A DNA stretch of 63,386 bases, the filler included, from Octopus bimaculoides (lineage: Eukaryota): NCBI RefSeq assembly GCF_001194135.2. It is 7 parts of 7 records of this genome, joined end to end, with 100 filler letters (N's around TTAATTAATTAA, not from the genome) between each part and the next. Parts side by side here need not be neighbours in the genome. Positions count along the whole stretch, not along the records: positions 1 to 2,297 come from NC_069008.1; positions 2,398 to 24,071 come from NC_068985.1; 5 more parts are not named here. One strand, 5' to 3'. A program made the translations under genes and the position numbers. Each line of letters opens with the position of its first letter. Position 1 is the stretch's first letter. The notes under the pieces were generated by a model. It was given only the letters and a program-made list of their open reading frames with translations. It was not told the DNA's origin and did no database searches. Positions 1 through 11,337 of this stretch are shown here, one piece after another.

Positions 1-32
<32 letters not shown>

Positions 33-738
33 GATGGAGGGAAAATATGATAAAAGGAAAAAGAGAAACAAAAAGAAAAAAGAGGATAGAGAAAGGAAGT
101 GCAAAGGTAAATGAAAAGAAGAAAAAACGAGAAAGAGAAAAGAAAAAGATGGAAGGGAAGAAGAAAAAGAAGAAGAAGAAAGGAAGGGTTTGCTTTGATA
201 CCAAAGGGATGGGGTAGGGTGGGGGTGTTAAAATGTTCAAAGAAGTGAATGGAAAAATTTCAGTAAAACAATATAACATGTGATGTGTAGATGAAAAAAC
301 TTGGAACAAGTGGATTGGGATTGTGTTTGGTGCAGGTATATTTAAAAGCAGAAATAGGTAAGTGAATAAATCAATAAATAAAATTGCATAACAGTGTTCA
401 GCTATCAGCTGAGGCTTTGCTCAAACTATCAGCCACACTTTGACAGATTTATGGTCCAGCCTGTGGCAGTGGAGACCTCCAGCATTCTCTGACCCTGGAC
501 CATATCACTGTTTGTTGCTATCAAGGTGGAGATTGTTATCTACAAGTGCAAGCCCTGAGAGTCTGAGTGGCTGTTCCACCACATCTCTCTTACTATCCCC
601 TGGAGCAACATTTTTTTCATTTTGTCTGCAGGGACCATGAGGCAGGTTGAATTAAAGGAAATCAAGGAAATGTAAGAAATCTATAGCTTACTACATGAAC
701 AATAAACTTATATAACCTCTCTTCATTATATATATATA

Positions 739-870
739 TCATCATCATCATCATCGTCGTTTAACGTCCGCTTTCCATGCTAGCATGTGTTGGATGATTT
801 GACTGAGGACTGGTGAAACCAGATGGCTACACCAGGCTCCAATCTGATTTGGCAGAGTTTTGCCAACCAC
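739..870 (-). mobile_element. RTE-type 3' tail fragment (SINE/LINE end with (GAT)n tail)
   Basis: tcatcatcatcgtcgtttaacgtccgctttccatgc matches the 3' end of the RTE element at 11338 and the copies at 1050, 15058, 23500 and 62370. Confidence 0.7.
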
Positions 871-904
871 TCATATATATATAAATAGGTGAGGTATGAC
901 TATA

Positions 905-1530
905 AGTGCCGGCGTGACTATGTTGTAAGAACCACACAGTTCCAGGTTCAGTCCCACTGTGTGGCACCTTGGCAAGTGTCTTATAGTCTCAGGTTGACCA
1001 AAGCCTTGTGAGTGGATTTGATACATAGAAACTGAAAGAAGCCTGTCATATATCATCATCATCATCTTCCTCCTTCTCATCATCGTTTCATGTCTGCTTT
1101 CCATGCTGGTATGTGTTGGACGGTTTGACTGAGGGCTGGCAAGCCAGAAGGCTGCACCAGGCTCCAATCTGATCTGGCAAAGTTTCTACAGCTAGATGTC
1201 CTTCCTAACGTGCCACCTGCATGAGGGCCAGTCAGGTGGCACTGGCACCGACCATGCTCAGGTGATATATATGTGTGTGCGTGTGTGTATATATATTTAT
1301 GTATGTGTGTGTGTCTGTGTTTGTTACCCCCAATATCCCTTGACAACTGATGTTGGCGTGTTTATGTCCCTGTAACTTAGTGGTTTGGCAAATGAGATTG
1401 ACAGAATAAGTACTAGGCTTGCAAAGAATAAGTTCTGGGGGTCAATTTCTTTGACTAAAACACCTTAAGGTCGTGCTCCAGCATGGCTGTAGTCAAATAA
1501 CTGAAACAGGTAAAAGAATAAAAGAATATT
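905..1530 (+). mobile_element. tRNA-derived composite SINE with internal microsatellite; a minus-strand RTE-tail copy is nested at about 1050-1260
   Basis: Head ...ccaggttcagtccc...gccttgtgagtggatttg...gaaactgaaagaagcc; second half ...gaataagtact...ggggtcaattt...gactaaa...gtcaaataactgaaac. The same two halves are adjacent at 53385-53715. Confidence 0.65.
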
Positions 1531-2297
1531 TCAGCCAGATAACAAGAAAGTAAGCTTAAGCACCTATCTACTACAATAAGTAAGGAAACCTGCCAAAACA
1601 GTAACATAAACTTTGACCTAATTTGATAGAATCCTGGCCTTGGCCAGTAGCTGGTGTGAAACTGAGGCTTGCAATGAGATCGGATTTCAGATTCAAAATA
1701 ACCTTCCTTCACTTCCTCCTGAACTCTAACCAATAAACTATTCACTGAATTCAGTTCACTTTGAGCCAAACTAGTTGAAAGACCCTGAATGAAGCTTCCC
1801 AGAAAATCATTCCAGGTTTTATATGCAACTGCTCGTACTCTGTACAGTGGAAACACATGTAGGTTGTCATAATCATAAAAATATGCCATTTGACATACAG
1901 TAAAATAAAAGGAAATAAATTTTCAGGGTGTACTAATAACCATATTCCCTATCATTATAATTCTTGGAAATATATATATATATATATATATAATAATAAT
2001 GATATTAGGGACAAAATCCAAAATTACAGTTAAAAACTCAATTAAAATCAATTTATAAAAAATTAAAATTAAATTGAGCTTTATAGATAAAATATATATA
2101 AAATATATAGTTTTAGGGAAAATAACCAAGTATCAAGAACTCATCGATGAAAATCCACTATCACATATAGAAAAATTAACAATTAAAAGCACAATAAATG
2201 AGTATAATATAAAGCAAAGTAAATATAATAAGATAAATATAATAAAATGATTACACGTGTTTCATAACTAATTTTCAAATAGAAAGGAAATTTAAAT

Positions 2298-2397
2298 NNN
2301 NNNNNNNNNNNNNNNNNNNNNNNNNNNNNNNNNNNNNNNNNTTAATTAATTAANNNNNNNNNNNNNNNNNNNNNNNNNNNNNNNNNNNNNNNNNNNN
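2298..2397. other. Artificial 100-nt assembly linker (44 N + TTAATTAATTAA + 44 N); also at 24072, 26400, 45728, 59242 and 61461
   Basis: Identical geometry at six sites; the 12-mer has stops in all six frames. Confidence 0.95.
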
Positions 2398-2649
2398 GGG
2401 TCTGTGGGGGTGGGGTGAGATGTATACGGATGGTGGGGTTGGAATGTGTAGGGGTGGGGTATATAATGAAAGAAAGAAAATGTAGAATTATGGATGTATA
2501 AATTATTTATATGAAATAATAAGGCTGAAAGTTTTTTTTATAGAACCAAAACAAATAAATTATAAATTATAAGACTCTGAAAGAAATGGTAGATGCCATT
2601 TTTGAATTATTTAATCCCTAATGAGGACCTGACATCCTCAAATTGACTG

Positions 2650-2820
2650 TATATATATGTGTATGATAGGCTTCTGTCAGTTTCCATCTACCAAATCCAC
2701 TCACAAGGCAGATGGCCTGAGGCTATAGTAGAAAACACTTGCCGAAGGTGCCATGCAGTAGGACTGAACCTGGAACCATGTGATTGAAAAGCAAGCTTCT
2801 TACCACATAATCATGCTTGT
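2650..2820 (-). mobile_element. tRNA-derived SINE, same head family as 905-1050
   Basis: Reverse complement of the 905-1050 head (tttccatctaccaaatccactcacaaggc ... ggactgaacctggaaccatgtg). Confidence 0.65.
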
Positions 2821-2825
2821 ATATA

Positions 2826-4056
2826 CAGTGGCCTACAATAGATTTTTAGCCAAAGGAGTAAAACAGTAACCATATTCAACATTTAATAACTCAAGAAGTA
2901 CCCAACAGAATAATCTGAAAATTTGCACTATTATTTGGTAGAACCCCCTTTCACAAGTTTCACAGCTTTTACAGAGTCTTTTATCATTTCAACTAAGTTA
3001 GTGACAATAGTTTGATCCATGTTATTCCATGTTTCCAAGAGAGTGCTTTTAAGGGCTGCCACAGATGTAACTTTGACAGAATTAGCTCGAATTTGTCTGT
3101 CAAGGTACTCCCAGACATGCTCAATGGGGTTCAAGTTGGGGCTTTGAGGTACCTACTGAGGGACTTGATGCCATGCATTTCTCTCCAGGCATTTGAAACT
3201 TTGCTTGTATGACATGGTGCTCCATCTTCTTGAAAAAGAGGTGTTCTTATCTATTTTACCAGTGTTGTAAATTAGAAGCAGTTCCTTTTCTAATATAGTA
3301 GTATTTCAGTCCATCCAACAGGTTTTCCATGGAAATTAGCTCAGATTTCCCTTCTGTCCAGACAGCCCCACAAACCATGACTCCAATCCATGGTATGTTA
3401 CAAACATTTGGCCTTCCAAGTTTCAGTTTTGTCCCTCCATACATAGGCTTGCCTTGAATTCAAATATTGGCAAAACTTACTTTCATCTGGCCACACCACA
3501 GACTTCCAAAATTCAGCTTCCTTCTCATGCTCCCAAGCCCAGTCGCACCTTTTCTCTTTGTTGGTGTCTAAAATCAATGGTTTCTTTCTTGCAATTCTTC
3601 TTTCATATGCTAGTTCTTTTAGGACTTTTCTTACAAAGTATGGCGACATTTCCATGTTGGTTATGACCTCTCTAATGCTAAGATGGCAGTTTCTGATGGT
3701 CTCCCTCTGCAGTACTCTCTTTTCTATATCTGAAACTATAGTCAGCCTTCTAGAATGAGGTTTCACATGACATTGTCCTTCTTGAAACCTTTTGACAATA
3801 TTATTCAGTCTGATAATTTACCTTAAATAAATTTATTTCTCTGTTTGACTTTTTGCACTGATGCCATCCTATGATTTACCCTCATCTGAACTTACTAATT
3901 TGTGCACTTCCTTTCACTTTAATTGTGAAATATCATTTGAAACATCTATTACTCTGCGAAAGATGAGAGAAAATACAATATAAAATCTAAGAAACATGTT
4001 ACAAATTATGAACTCTCAAAAAATTAATGTGATTAAAGCCTTATGGTAGGCCACTG
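2826..4056 (-). mobile_element. Tc1/mariner (Tc1-like) DNA transposon, degenerate, about 1.23 kb
   Basis: Imperfect TIRs CAGTGGCCTACAATAG (2826) and TTATGGTAGGCCACTG (ends 4056); TA on the left flank, TG on the right; transposase fragments inside. Confidence 0.9.
2931..3766 (-). pseudogene. Frameshifted Tc1-type DDE transposase
   Basis: ORF pieces RRIARKKPLI...CDWAWEH...WKSVVWPDESKF (DNA-binding region and first D), VMVCGAV, and MNPIEHVWEYLDRQI (catalytic E motif). Confidence 0.9.
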
Positions 4057-4065
4057 TGTATATGA

Positions 4066-4253
4066 TAGATCGCTGACCACTACATATATATTTTTTTTCT
4101 CCTTGTTTCTCTCCTTATTTCTTTGTGTTCCTTTCAGTTGAAGAGCGTAGCTCGAAACGTCAAAGACTTTCTCCATTCCTGAGCGTTAAACTAATACATC
4201 CATTTGTTGTTTACACCACCTGTCTTCGTCTGTTGTTTTTTTCATAAATTCTC

Positions 4254-4257
<4 letters not shown>
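4066..4257 (+). mobile_element. Probable Penelope pseudo-LTR fragment with hammerhead-like variant at 4131-4165
   Basis: CTTT-cagttgaa-GAGC-gta-GCTC-GAAAC-GT-C-AAAG, ending in (AT)n. The cgaaacgtc motif is typical of PLE termini. Confidence 0.45.
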
Positions 4258-4287
<30 letters not shown>

Positions 4288-4309
4288 TATGTATGTATAT
4301 ATTCTTTTA

Positions 4310-5283
4310 TTCTTTTCAGCTCCAAGGCCGTGGCCATGCTGGAGCATCAGCAGTGTAATCACCTTTTCAGTGGCCAATGTTATGTGATTGGCTTTTGGTG
4401 AAGGAAGGAGTTGAACACTGTTGCTTTCTTTTGAGTTTCCTGCCTTGATATATATAGGTTCATCTTGGACCTTGGATAACAGGAGGTGAAGTTGTTTCTT
4501 GCAAACATCTATCCCTACTCCATGAAGATCACTCAGATGTTTAGGCAAGGCATTAAATAGCTGTGGGCTCAAGCTGTTGTAGTATATGGTCTTCAAGCTG
4601 TTATATATGAATCCCAAGCTGTTGTAGTATATGATCTTCACTCTAGATGGGATAGCTGAGACCTTTGGAACTGTGCAATGATGTCCAATTTGGGGGTTGG
4701 TAGAGCTCTTGATACCAAAGTTTGGTGCCAGCCCCTCCAGGATCTTCCATACATGTATCACTGCATACCTCTCCCATCTTCACTCCATGGAGTAGAGTTG
4801 TAGCTCTTTCAGTCTCTCCCAGTAGCTAAGCTGTTCCATTGGTGCAATCTTCCTGGTGTAGCACTGCTGAACTGCTTCAAGTTCTGCTATTAATCTGACA
4901 CTGTAGGGTGACTACTGTTGAGAGCAGTAGACCAGACAGCTGAGGACAAATGTCCTCCATACAACCAGCATAGTTTCTTTGTCCCTTGTTCTGAAGGTTC
5001 TCAGAATCCATCTGGCCATTCGCCTGCACATTGCCACCGTCTTGGTGATATTTATATGAAATAAGGCATCTTTGCTTATATTAATCCCGAGATCACACAC
5101 TGTATGTACTCTAGGATTGCTGCTTCTTTTGGTCCAAAGTATCATTGCAGCTTGTGAGCACCAGTTAGCTGGTAGTGGAGGGCTTGGAATTGACCTGCAT
5201 TAAATTGCATGTTGTTTTCTTCAGCCATTTATATATGGCATCTAGCTCTTTCTGTACTGCTTTTGTGTTGGCATAGCTAGTAA
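4310..5283 (-). mobile_element. CR1-group (CR1/L2-like) LINE 3' fragment
   Basis: DLGINIS...WILRTFRTRDKETMLVVWRTFVLSCLVYCSQ and IHVWKILEGLAPN...PQLFNALPKHL...KVQDEP; starts near a degenerate YADD motif (ctagctatgccaacacaaaa on the minus strand). Confidence 0.75.
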
Positions 5284-5284
5284 A

Positions 5285-5718
5285 TTATCACAGGCAATAA
5301 AAAATGCAGATGAAAAAGCTTACAGCAGGATGTGAATGCAATATAAAAGTGGGCTGAAGTAAACAACATGTAACTTAATGTTGGAAAATTTCAAGCACTG
5401 TGCTGTCAGCTCACAAATGCACTGCAGCCTGCATATACAGGACCCAAAGGTACTGCAATCCCAGAATCACAGGCAGTGAGAGACTTGGGGGTCAGTATAT
5501 GCAATGATGCATCATTTCATATGCACCTTACCAAGATAGCAGCAAAGTACTTTCAACAGGCAGGATAGATACTAAGGTTCTTCAAGACAAGAGACCAAGA
5601 AGCTATATTGACCCTGTGGATGACTTTTGTTATCAGTTGCCTGGACTACTGCTTTCAGCTCTAGTTGCCACATAGTGTCAAACTAACAGCAGAGCTTCAT
5701 GCGATCCAATGTCACTGT
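5285..5718 (+). mobile_element. Second CR1-group LINE fragment, 5' part; continues at 10217 after the Gypsy insertion
   Basis: VRDLGVSICNDASFHMHLTKIAAK...ILRFFKTRDQEAILTLWMTFVISCLDYCFQ, homologous to 4912-5145. Confidence 0.75.
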
Positions 5719-5933
5719 TGTGGTGAAATCCTGACACCTCTGTGTCTGTACTGAACTGTCCTAAACTTTATAAAGGCACATGCATACTGACAGTGCGACA
5801 TACAGTGTGGTATGTGCAATCACATTTGTGAAGGCAGTCATAGAAATCGTTGAGAAGAGATATGTTTGTTACTGATTTAGTTTTTGTAGTGTTACAGTGT
5901 ACTCTATATCCAAACGCAAGGACATAAGAGTCT
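5719..5933 (+). repeat. 5' LTR of the Gypsy element
   Basis: tgtggtgaaat...gaactgtcctaaac...gagaagagatatgtttgttactgatttagtttttg...aagagtc, repeated at 9998-10216. Confidence 0.85.
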
Positions 5934-6959
5934 CGACGAGACATTCAAAGTTCACTGTGAATGTTCTTAGCATGGATGACCTATTAGCTTTTGTGGTACA
6001 ATTGCAGCAGCAACTACAACAACAACAATAGCAACAGCAGTAACGGCAACTACAACAGCAACAACAACAGCAAAATCAACAGTTGTTGGAATTATTGTTG
6101 CAGTCCAAAAACACTTCAGGTTTGCTTTTGGTAGACGAGGTTGCTAATTCAGTTGAAGAATTTACTTATAATCCAGAAGGGATTATGTTTTCAGCATACT
6201 TCAGAAGATATGAAGGAATCTTCAAAGAAGAATGTAGAAACTGGCAGATGAAAAGAAGGTATGACTTCTTTTAAAGAAATTATCACCCACAGAAGTACTG
6301 TAATTACATCCTGCCGAGAAAACCATCCGAAATTTGTTTCAAGGAAACAACCTGTTATCTAAAATAGTCAGCAAAAGAAGTTCACTATTTAATATTTGCT
6401 GGGAGTGCTTGAATTTAAAAAAAAAATAAATTGAAGATTTTGTCACATATGCTGGAATCGTTAACAGAGAATGTGAAAAATTTAAGCTAAACAAATTAAC
6501 CCTGGACATTTTCAAATGTCTAATCCTTGTACAAGGATTAACTGCAAGCAAAGATGCAGAAATACAGGCTCCGATATTGACAAAACTAGAACAAGGTTTG
6601 AAACTAACTCTACAGGCAGTAGCTGAAGAATGCCAAAGCATTATAAATTTGCAACAGGACGCAGAAAAAAATCGAAAAAGATTATTCAAATATATATATG
6701 TGTCGACCTGTAACAGATAAGAAAAAAGAAAAACAATAGTCAAAACCCAAACCATGCTTTGAGTGTGGAGAAATACATTTTAAAAGAAACTGTCCTTTTA
6801 GAAATTTAAAATGTTTTGGATGTGGAAAAATCAGACATAAGAATTCACATTATTGGGTGAAATAAAAAAGGTCGAATGAAAAAATTTGACGGAAAAAGTA
6901 TTGTCAACACAAATGCAAAGTGAGGCAAAAAAAAATGAATATTTGTCTCCATAAAAATA

Positions 6960-9480
6960 AATAATGTGAATATGAGACTACAGTTGGACACAGGTAGTGA
7001 TATCACAATAATTAACAATGATACATGGAGAAAAATAGGAAAGCCTACTTTGAAAAAATTTTTTTAAACGTGAGGTATTTTCAGGGAAACAATTGCAATT
7101 TTTGGACGAAATGATGAGGTGACATATCATGGAAAAACTTTGAAAGGCAAAGTTTTTGTATTAAAAAATAAGACAAACCTATTTGGCACAGACTGGATGG
7201 AACTATTTAATTTAGGGGACCTCCCCATAAATATTTTTTGCTATAATGTAAACGGTTCTTAATGCCAGTTCAAATAAGGCATTGGAGGATTTAAAAAAGG
7301 AATAGGTAAAGATTTTTCCTGATGTTTTTTCTGAAGAATTAGGTAGGTGCACCAAGACAAAAGTAAAATTTCAAGTGAAAGCAAACACTGTGCCGGTATT
7401 TAAGCCAAAGCAAGCTGTACCTTTCATGGCATTGAATCAAGTCAACGAGGAATTGGATAGATTTGAAAAGCTTGGAGTTATAGAAAAAATTGATTATTCA
7501 GAATGCGCATCACCAACTGTTTATGTAAAGAAAAAAAATAATAAAATACGAATGTGTGCTGACTTTTCAACAGGCTTGAATGAATGTTTGTTGACATACA
7601 ATTACCCATTACCAGATCCAGAGGAAATTTTTGCAAAACTCAGTGGAGGAAAATTTTTTTCAAAGCTGGACTTGTTGGAGGCATATTTACATTTACAAGT
7701 CGAGGAGGAATGTTCAAAATTATTTACAATAAACACCCATAAAGGTTTATATAAATTCAATCGACTTCCTTTTGGGATAAAGGTGGCACCTAGTATTTTC
7801 CAACAGGTGGTGGACACTATGCTTGTAGATACAGATTTCGCTATAGCTTACTTGGATGACATACTCATAAAAAGTGAGTTTTGAGGCCAGCATGAGGAAC
7901 ATGTTAAAAAGGTCTTTGAAAAAATAAAGGTGTATAGATTTAAAGTTAGTGAGGGGAAAATGCAAATTTTTCATGCCAGAAATAATGTGTCTAGTGCAAG
8001 TTATCGATAAAAATGGTTGTAGGCCAGATTCTTCAAGATCAACTGCAATAAAAAATATGCCTCCCCCCCAAAATATTACATTACAAGCATTCTTGGGGCT
8101 CGCAAACTATTACCAAACATGTATACTGAATATGCATGAGCTAAGAGCACTCTTAAACAACCTATTGAAAAAAGACTTTAAATGGTATTGGTTGGACAGG
8201 TGCCAAAAAGTGTTCAAAGAAATAAAGTTTTAACATCGGAACTGTCATTATCGCACTTTGATCCAAATTTAACAATAGTAGTAGCATCAGATGCTAGAGA
8301 AAGTGGTATAGGAGCGATAATTTTACGCAAGTATGAAAGTGGTAGCATAAAACCTATCGCTCATGCTTCACGTTCATTGATGGCAGCTGAAAAAACTAGC
8401 CAAATTAAGAAGGAGGCATTAGCCATTATTTTTGCGGTGAAAAAATTTCACATTTATACATGGAAGGAAATTTAGTCTGCAGACAGATCGTTGCCCATTG
8501 TTGTCAATTTATGGATCGCAAAAGGGCATCCCCATGCATACAGCCAACCAGTTGCTGTGCTGGGGTACAATCCTGCTATATTATGACTTTAAGATGGAAT
8601 TTCTACCATCGTAAAAACTGTGACATGCAGATGGGCTGTCAAGATTGATACCTAAATACAATGAACCATTAGAGGACACAATAATAGCAGCATTAAAAGT
8701 TGAAATCGAAATAAAAAATATACTCTGCAACATAGTACGCAAACTACCTATCACTTTAGAGGAAATAAAAATTGAAGCAGAGAAGAATGTGTTCATAATA
8801 AAAATGAAAAAAATAGTGAAGTCAGAAGCAAATACAAAAACCCATGTAGCCGAGAGTAACACAGTTTCAAAATGGTATGCGATATTTGATGACATACTTA
8901 TGTACGCTCAGAGGATTGTAACACCTGTTTCTTTGTAAAATTGTATGCTAAAAGAATTCCACATGGGACATCCAGGAATCGCCAGAATGAAAGCACTGAT
9001 GAGAAGCTTCGTTTACTGGCTGAATATGGATCAGGATATTGAAAACTTTTAGTGAAAGCCTGCATGGGTTGTGCCCTGGCAACAAAAGCACCACCTATAA
9101 AAATTCATACCTTTGTCCAGATTACACATAGACTTCACAGGACCGTTAAATGGCTGGTATTATCTAATAGTTGTGGATAGTTATACGAAATAGCCATATG
9201 TAAATGTAGGAAGCCAACCCCCAAAGTAACAATGGAATTTCTGGACAAACTTTTTGCACGATATGGTGTCCCAGACACTGTAGTGTCTGATAATGGAACA
9301 CAGTTCATATCAGAGGTATTTTAAAACTTTTGCAAAATGCATGCAATCGAGCATATTACTACTCCACCATACCATCCAAGATCGAATGAACTAATGAAAT
9401 GTTTTGTAGATATGTTTAAGAGAGCACTGAAAACATTTAGGAATGAACCACTTGCTGATACTGCATTGACGCCAGGAAAG
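6960..9480 (+). pseudogene. Gypsy pol (PR-RT-RH-IN), disrupted by stops and frameshifts
   Basis: ORFs 7375-7884, 7949-8233, 8182-8475, 8645-8938 and 9337-9636 carry RT, RNase H and integrase motifs in Gypsy order. Confidence 0.9.
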
Positions 9481-9997
9481 TCAGGTCAGTGTTTGATAAA
9501 TTGCTATTGGGAAGAAAAGAAAAAAATAGAGAGAAACACTAAAAATAAGATAAAATACTTCAAAATCGGTGACAAGGTGTTTTTTAAAATATACAGAAAT
9601 GGAAAGGGAAGTTGGGAAGAAGGTATAATAAGTTGATGTTTAGGAAAAATAATGTACATGGTAAAAGGTCATATGTGGGAACACAAAAGACGTTCAAACC
9701 AACTGAAAAACAGGTTTACAGAAGAAAGAGTAAGACGTGAAGAACCAATGTAATTTCTTTATGACATTTTTGATGTCCTGGTACCTCAAGGAATAGTCAA
9801 ACCAACGTGTGCATTGACTAGGAAAAGAAAACAAACAGAACTTTTGTAAGTAGAGCCAAAACGAAAAAATATTCCAATTTCTTCCTGGGGAATTAAGTGA
9901 AAAAATGAAAAGGGGTTGGGGAGAGGTGGTAATAAATATATAATAAATAAAAAAAAATTATTGACTTCCAAGGAAAGTCAAGCTCAAAATGGGGAGA

Positions 9998-10216
9998 TGT
10001 GGTGAAATACTGTGGGATAACAAGTGAACTGTCCTAAACCATATAAAGGCGCATGCATACTGATAGTGCGATGTACAGTGTAGTGTGTGCAGTCGCATTT
10101 GTGAAGGCAGTTGTAGAAGTCATTGAGAAGAGATATGTTTGTTACTGATTTAGTTTTTGCTGTTTATAACACTGTTACAGTGTAGTCTATATTCAAACTC
10201 AAGGATATAAGAGTCA
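9998..10216 (+). repeat. 3' LTR of the Gypsy element
   Basis: TG...CA bounded, preceded by a purine tract, homologous to 5719-5933. Confidence 0.85.
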
Positions 10217-10627
10217 CTATGCTAAAAATATTGTAACAGTGCAGCAGATGAGCTACAGGGAAAGGTTGACAAAATTATGGCTTTACTACTTGGAGTGAAG
10301 ATGCAACAGATGTGTTATAATCTACATATGGAAAATTCTGGAAGGCTTTGTGCCTACTTTCAGCATTGAGTGTTATATAAATGCCCAAACTGGATGTCAT
10401 TGTATTTTACCAAAAGCACTGTCCGCTCCATCTAAATTCAGGATCAGGTACTACAATAGCTTAAGGATCAAAGGCCCAGAGCTTTTGAATGACCTGCCAC
10501 AAAAATTAAGACACTTACACAATGTGGACATAGATGACTTCACAATCTTACAAAGAAACTAGACATTCTTTCCACAATATCAAATGAACCAATGGCCCAG
10601 CATGAGGTACAGATGAGGGCAGTAGTG
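10217..10627 (+). mobile_element. 3' continuation of the CR1-group LINE split by the Gypsy insertion
   Basis: Joining across the TSD gives atc caa tgt cac tat gct aaa aat (IQCHYAKN); downstream YIWKILEG-like and RYYNSLRIKGPELLNDLPQKLRHL match 4186-4761. Confidence 0.75.
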
Positions 10628-11000
10628 TCAAACTCTCTCATACAGTCTGCCTTTTACTCTGAGTGAGAGGCCCTTTGTCGCCAGTAGAGGTAAGAGGTCT
10701 CTGAACTTTGCCCAGGCTATTCTTATTCTAGCAGCTACACTTTCAGTGCACCCACCCCCACTACTAATTTGGTCACCCAGATATCGGAAGCTATCAACCA
10801 CGTCCAGTTTTTCTCCCTGGAATGTAACCGAAGTTGTTTTCTGCACATTTTCAGTGTTTATTGCACCTGAACATCTGCCATATATAAAAAACTAACTTCC
10901 TAGTTAATCTGCCTTATGTGCCCATAGCTTGCACTGGGTATATCTTATAGAGTTTCTACCTACACCTTTTCTACAGATCGAGCAGGGGTTTAGCACCTGT
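10628..11000 (-). mobile_element. RTE LINE internal fragment
   Basis: VVDSFRYLGDQISSGGGCTESVAARIRIAWAKFRDLLPLL and the Cys-rich CSICRKGVGRNSIRYTQCKLWAHK, homologous to 12090-12353. Confidence 0.85.
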
Positions 11001-11273
11001 GTGATGCCATGTAAAAATGCATGTGTGATGACAGGTAACAGTGCCTGTGTGGCACCATGCAAAAGTGTCTGTGCAGTTCCATGTAAAAGTGCCCGTATGA
11101 TGCCACATAAAAGCACCCAGGACACTCTGTAAAGTGGTTGGCATTAGGAAAGGCATCCAGTCATAGAAACCATGCCAAATCAAACTGGAATCTGGTGCAG
11201 CTCCCCAGCTTACCAGTTTTGGTCAAACCATCCAACCCATGCCTGCGTGGACAGCAGTTGTTAAACAATGATG

Positions 11274-11275
<2 letters not shown>
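11000..11275 (+). mobile_element. RTE-tail SINE-like copy with about four degenerate 26-bp tandem units
   Basis: gtgcc...gcaccatgyaaaagt repeats followed by aagtggttggcattaggaaaggcatccag...ttaaacaatgatgat. Confidence 0.6.
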
Positions 11276-11313
<38 letters not shown>

Positions 11314-11337
11314 GTATAATATCTATGTTATATATGT

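Larger units (their letters stand above)
5719..10216 (+). mobile_element. Ty3/Gypsy LTR retrotransposon (Mag-like), degenerate, both LTRs present
   Basis: Direct LTRs; PPT aaaatggggaga before 9998; PBS-like cgacgag at about 5934; gag-like, protease (LQLDTGSDITII), RT (YLDDILI), RNase H (VVASDARESGIGA) and integrase (GHPGIARMKAL, SDNGTQFIS) remnants; 4-bp TSD CTGT (5715-5718) / CTAT (10217-10220). Confidence 0.92.

Noticed and set aside
779-812. CTGAGGA...GAAAC resembling a hammerhead core
   Set aside because: No stems I or III, and other copies of this RTE tail lack the GAAAC.
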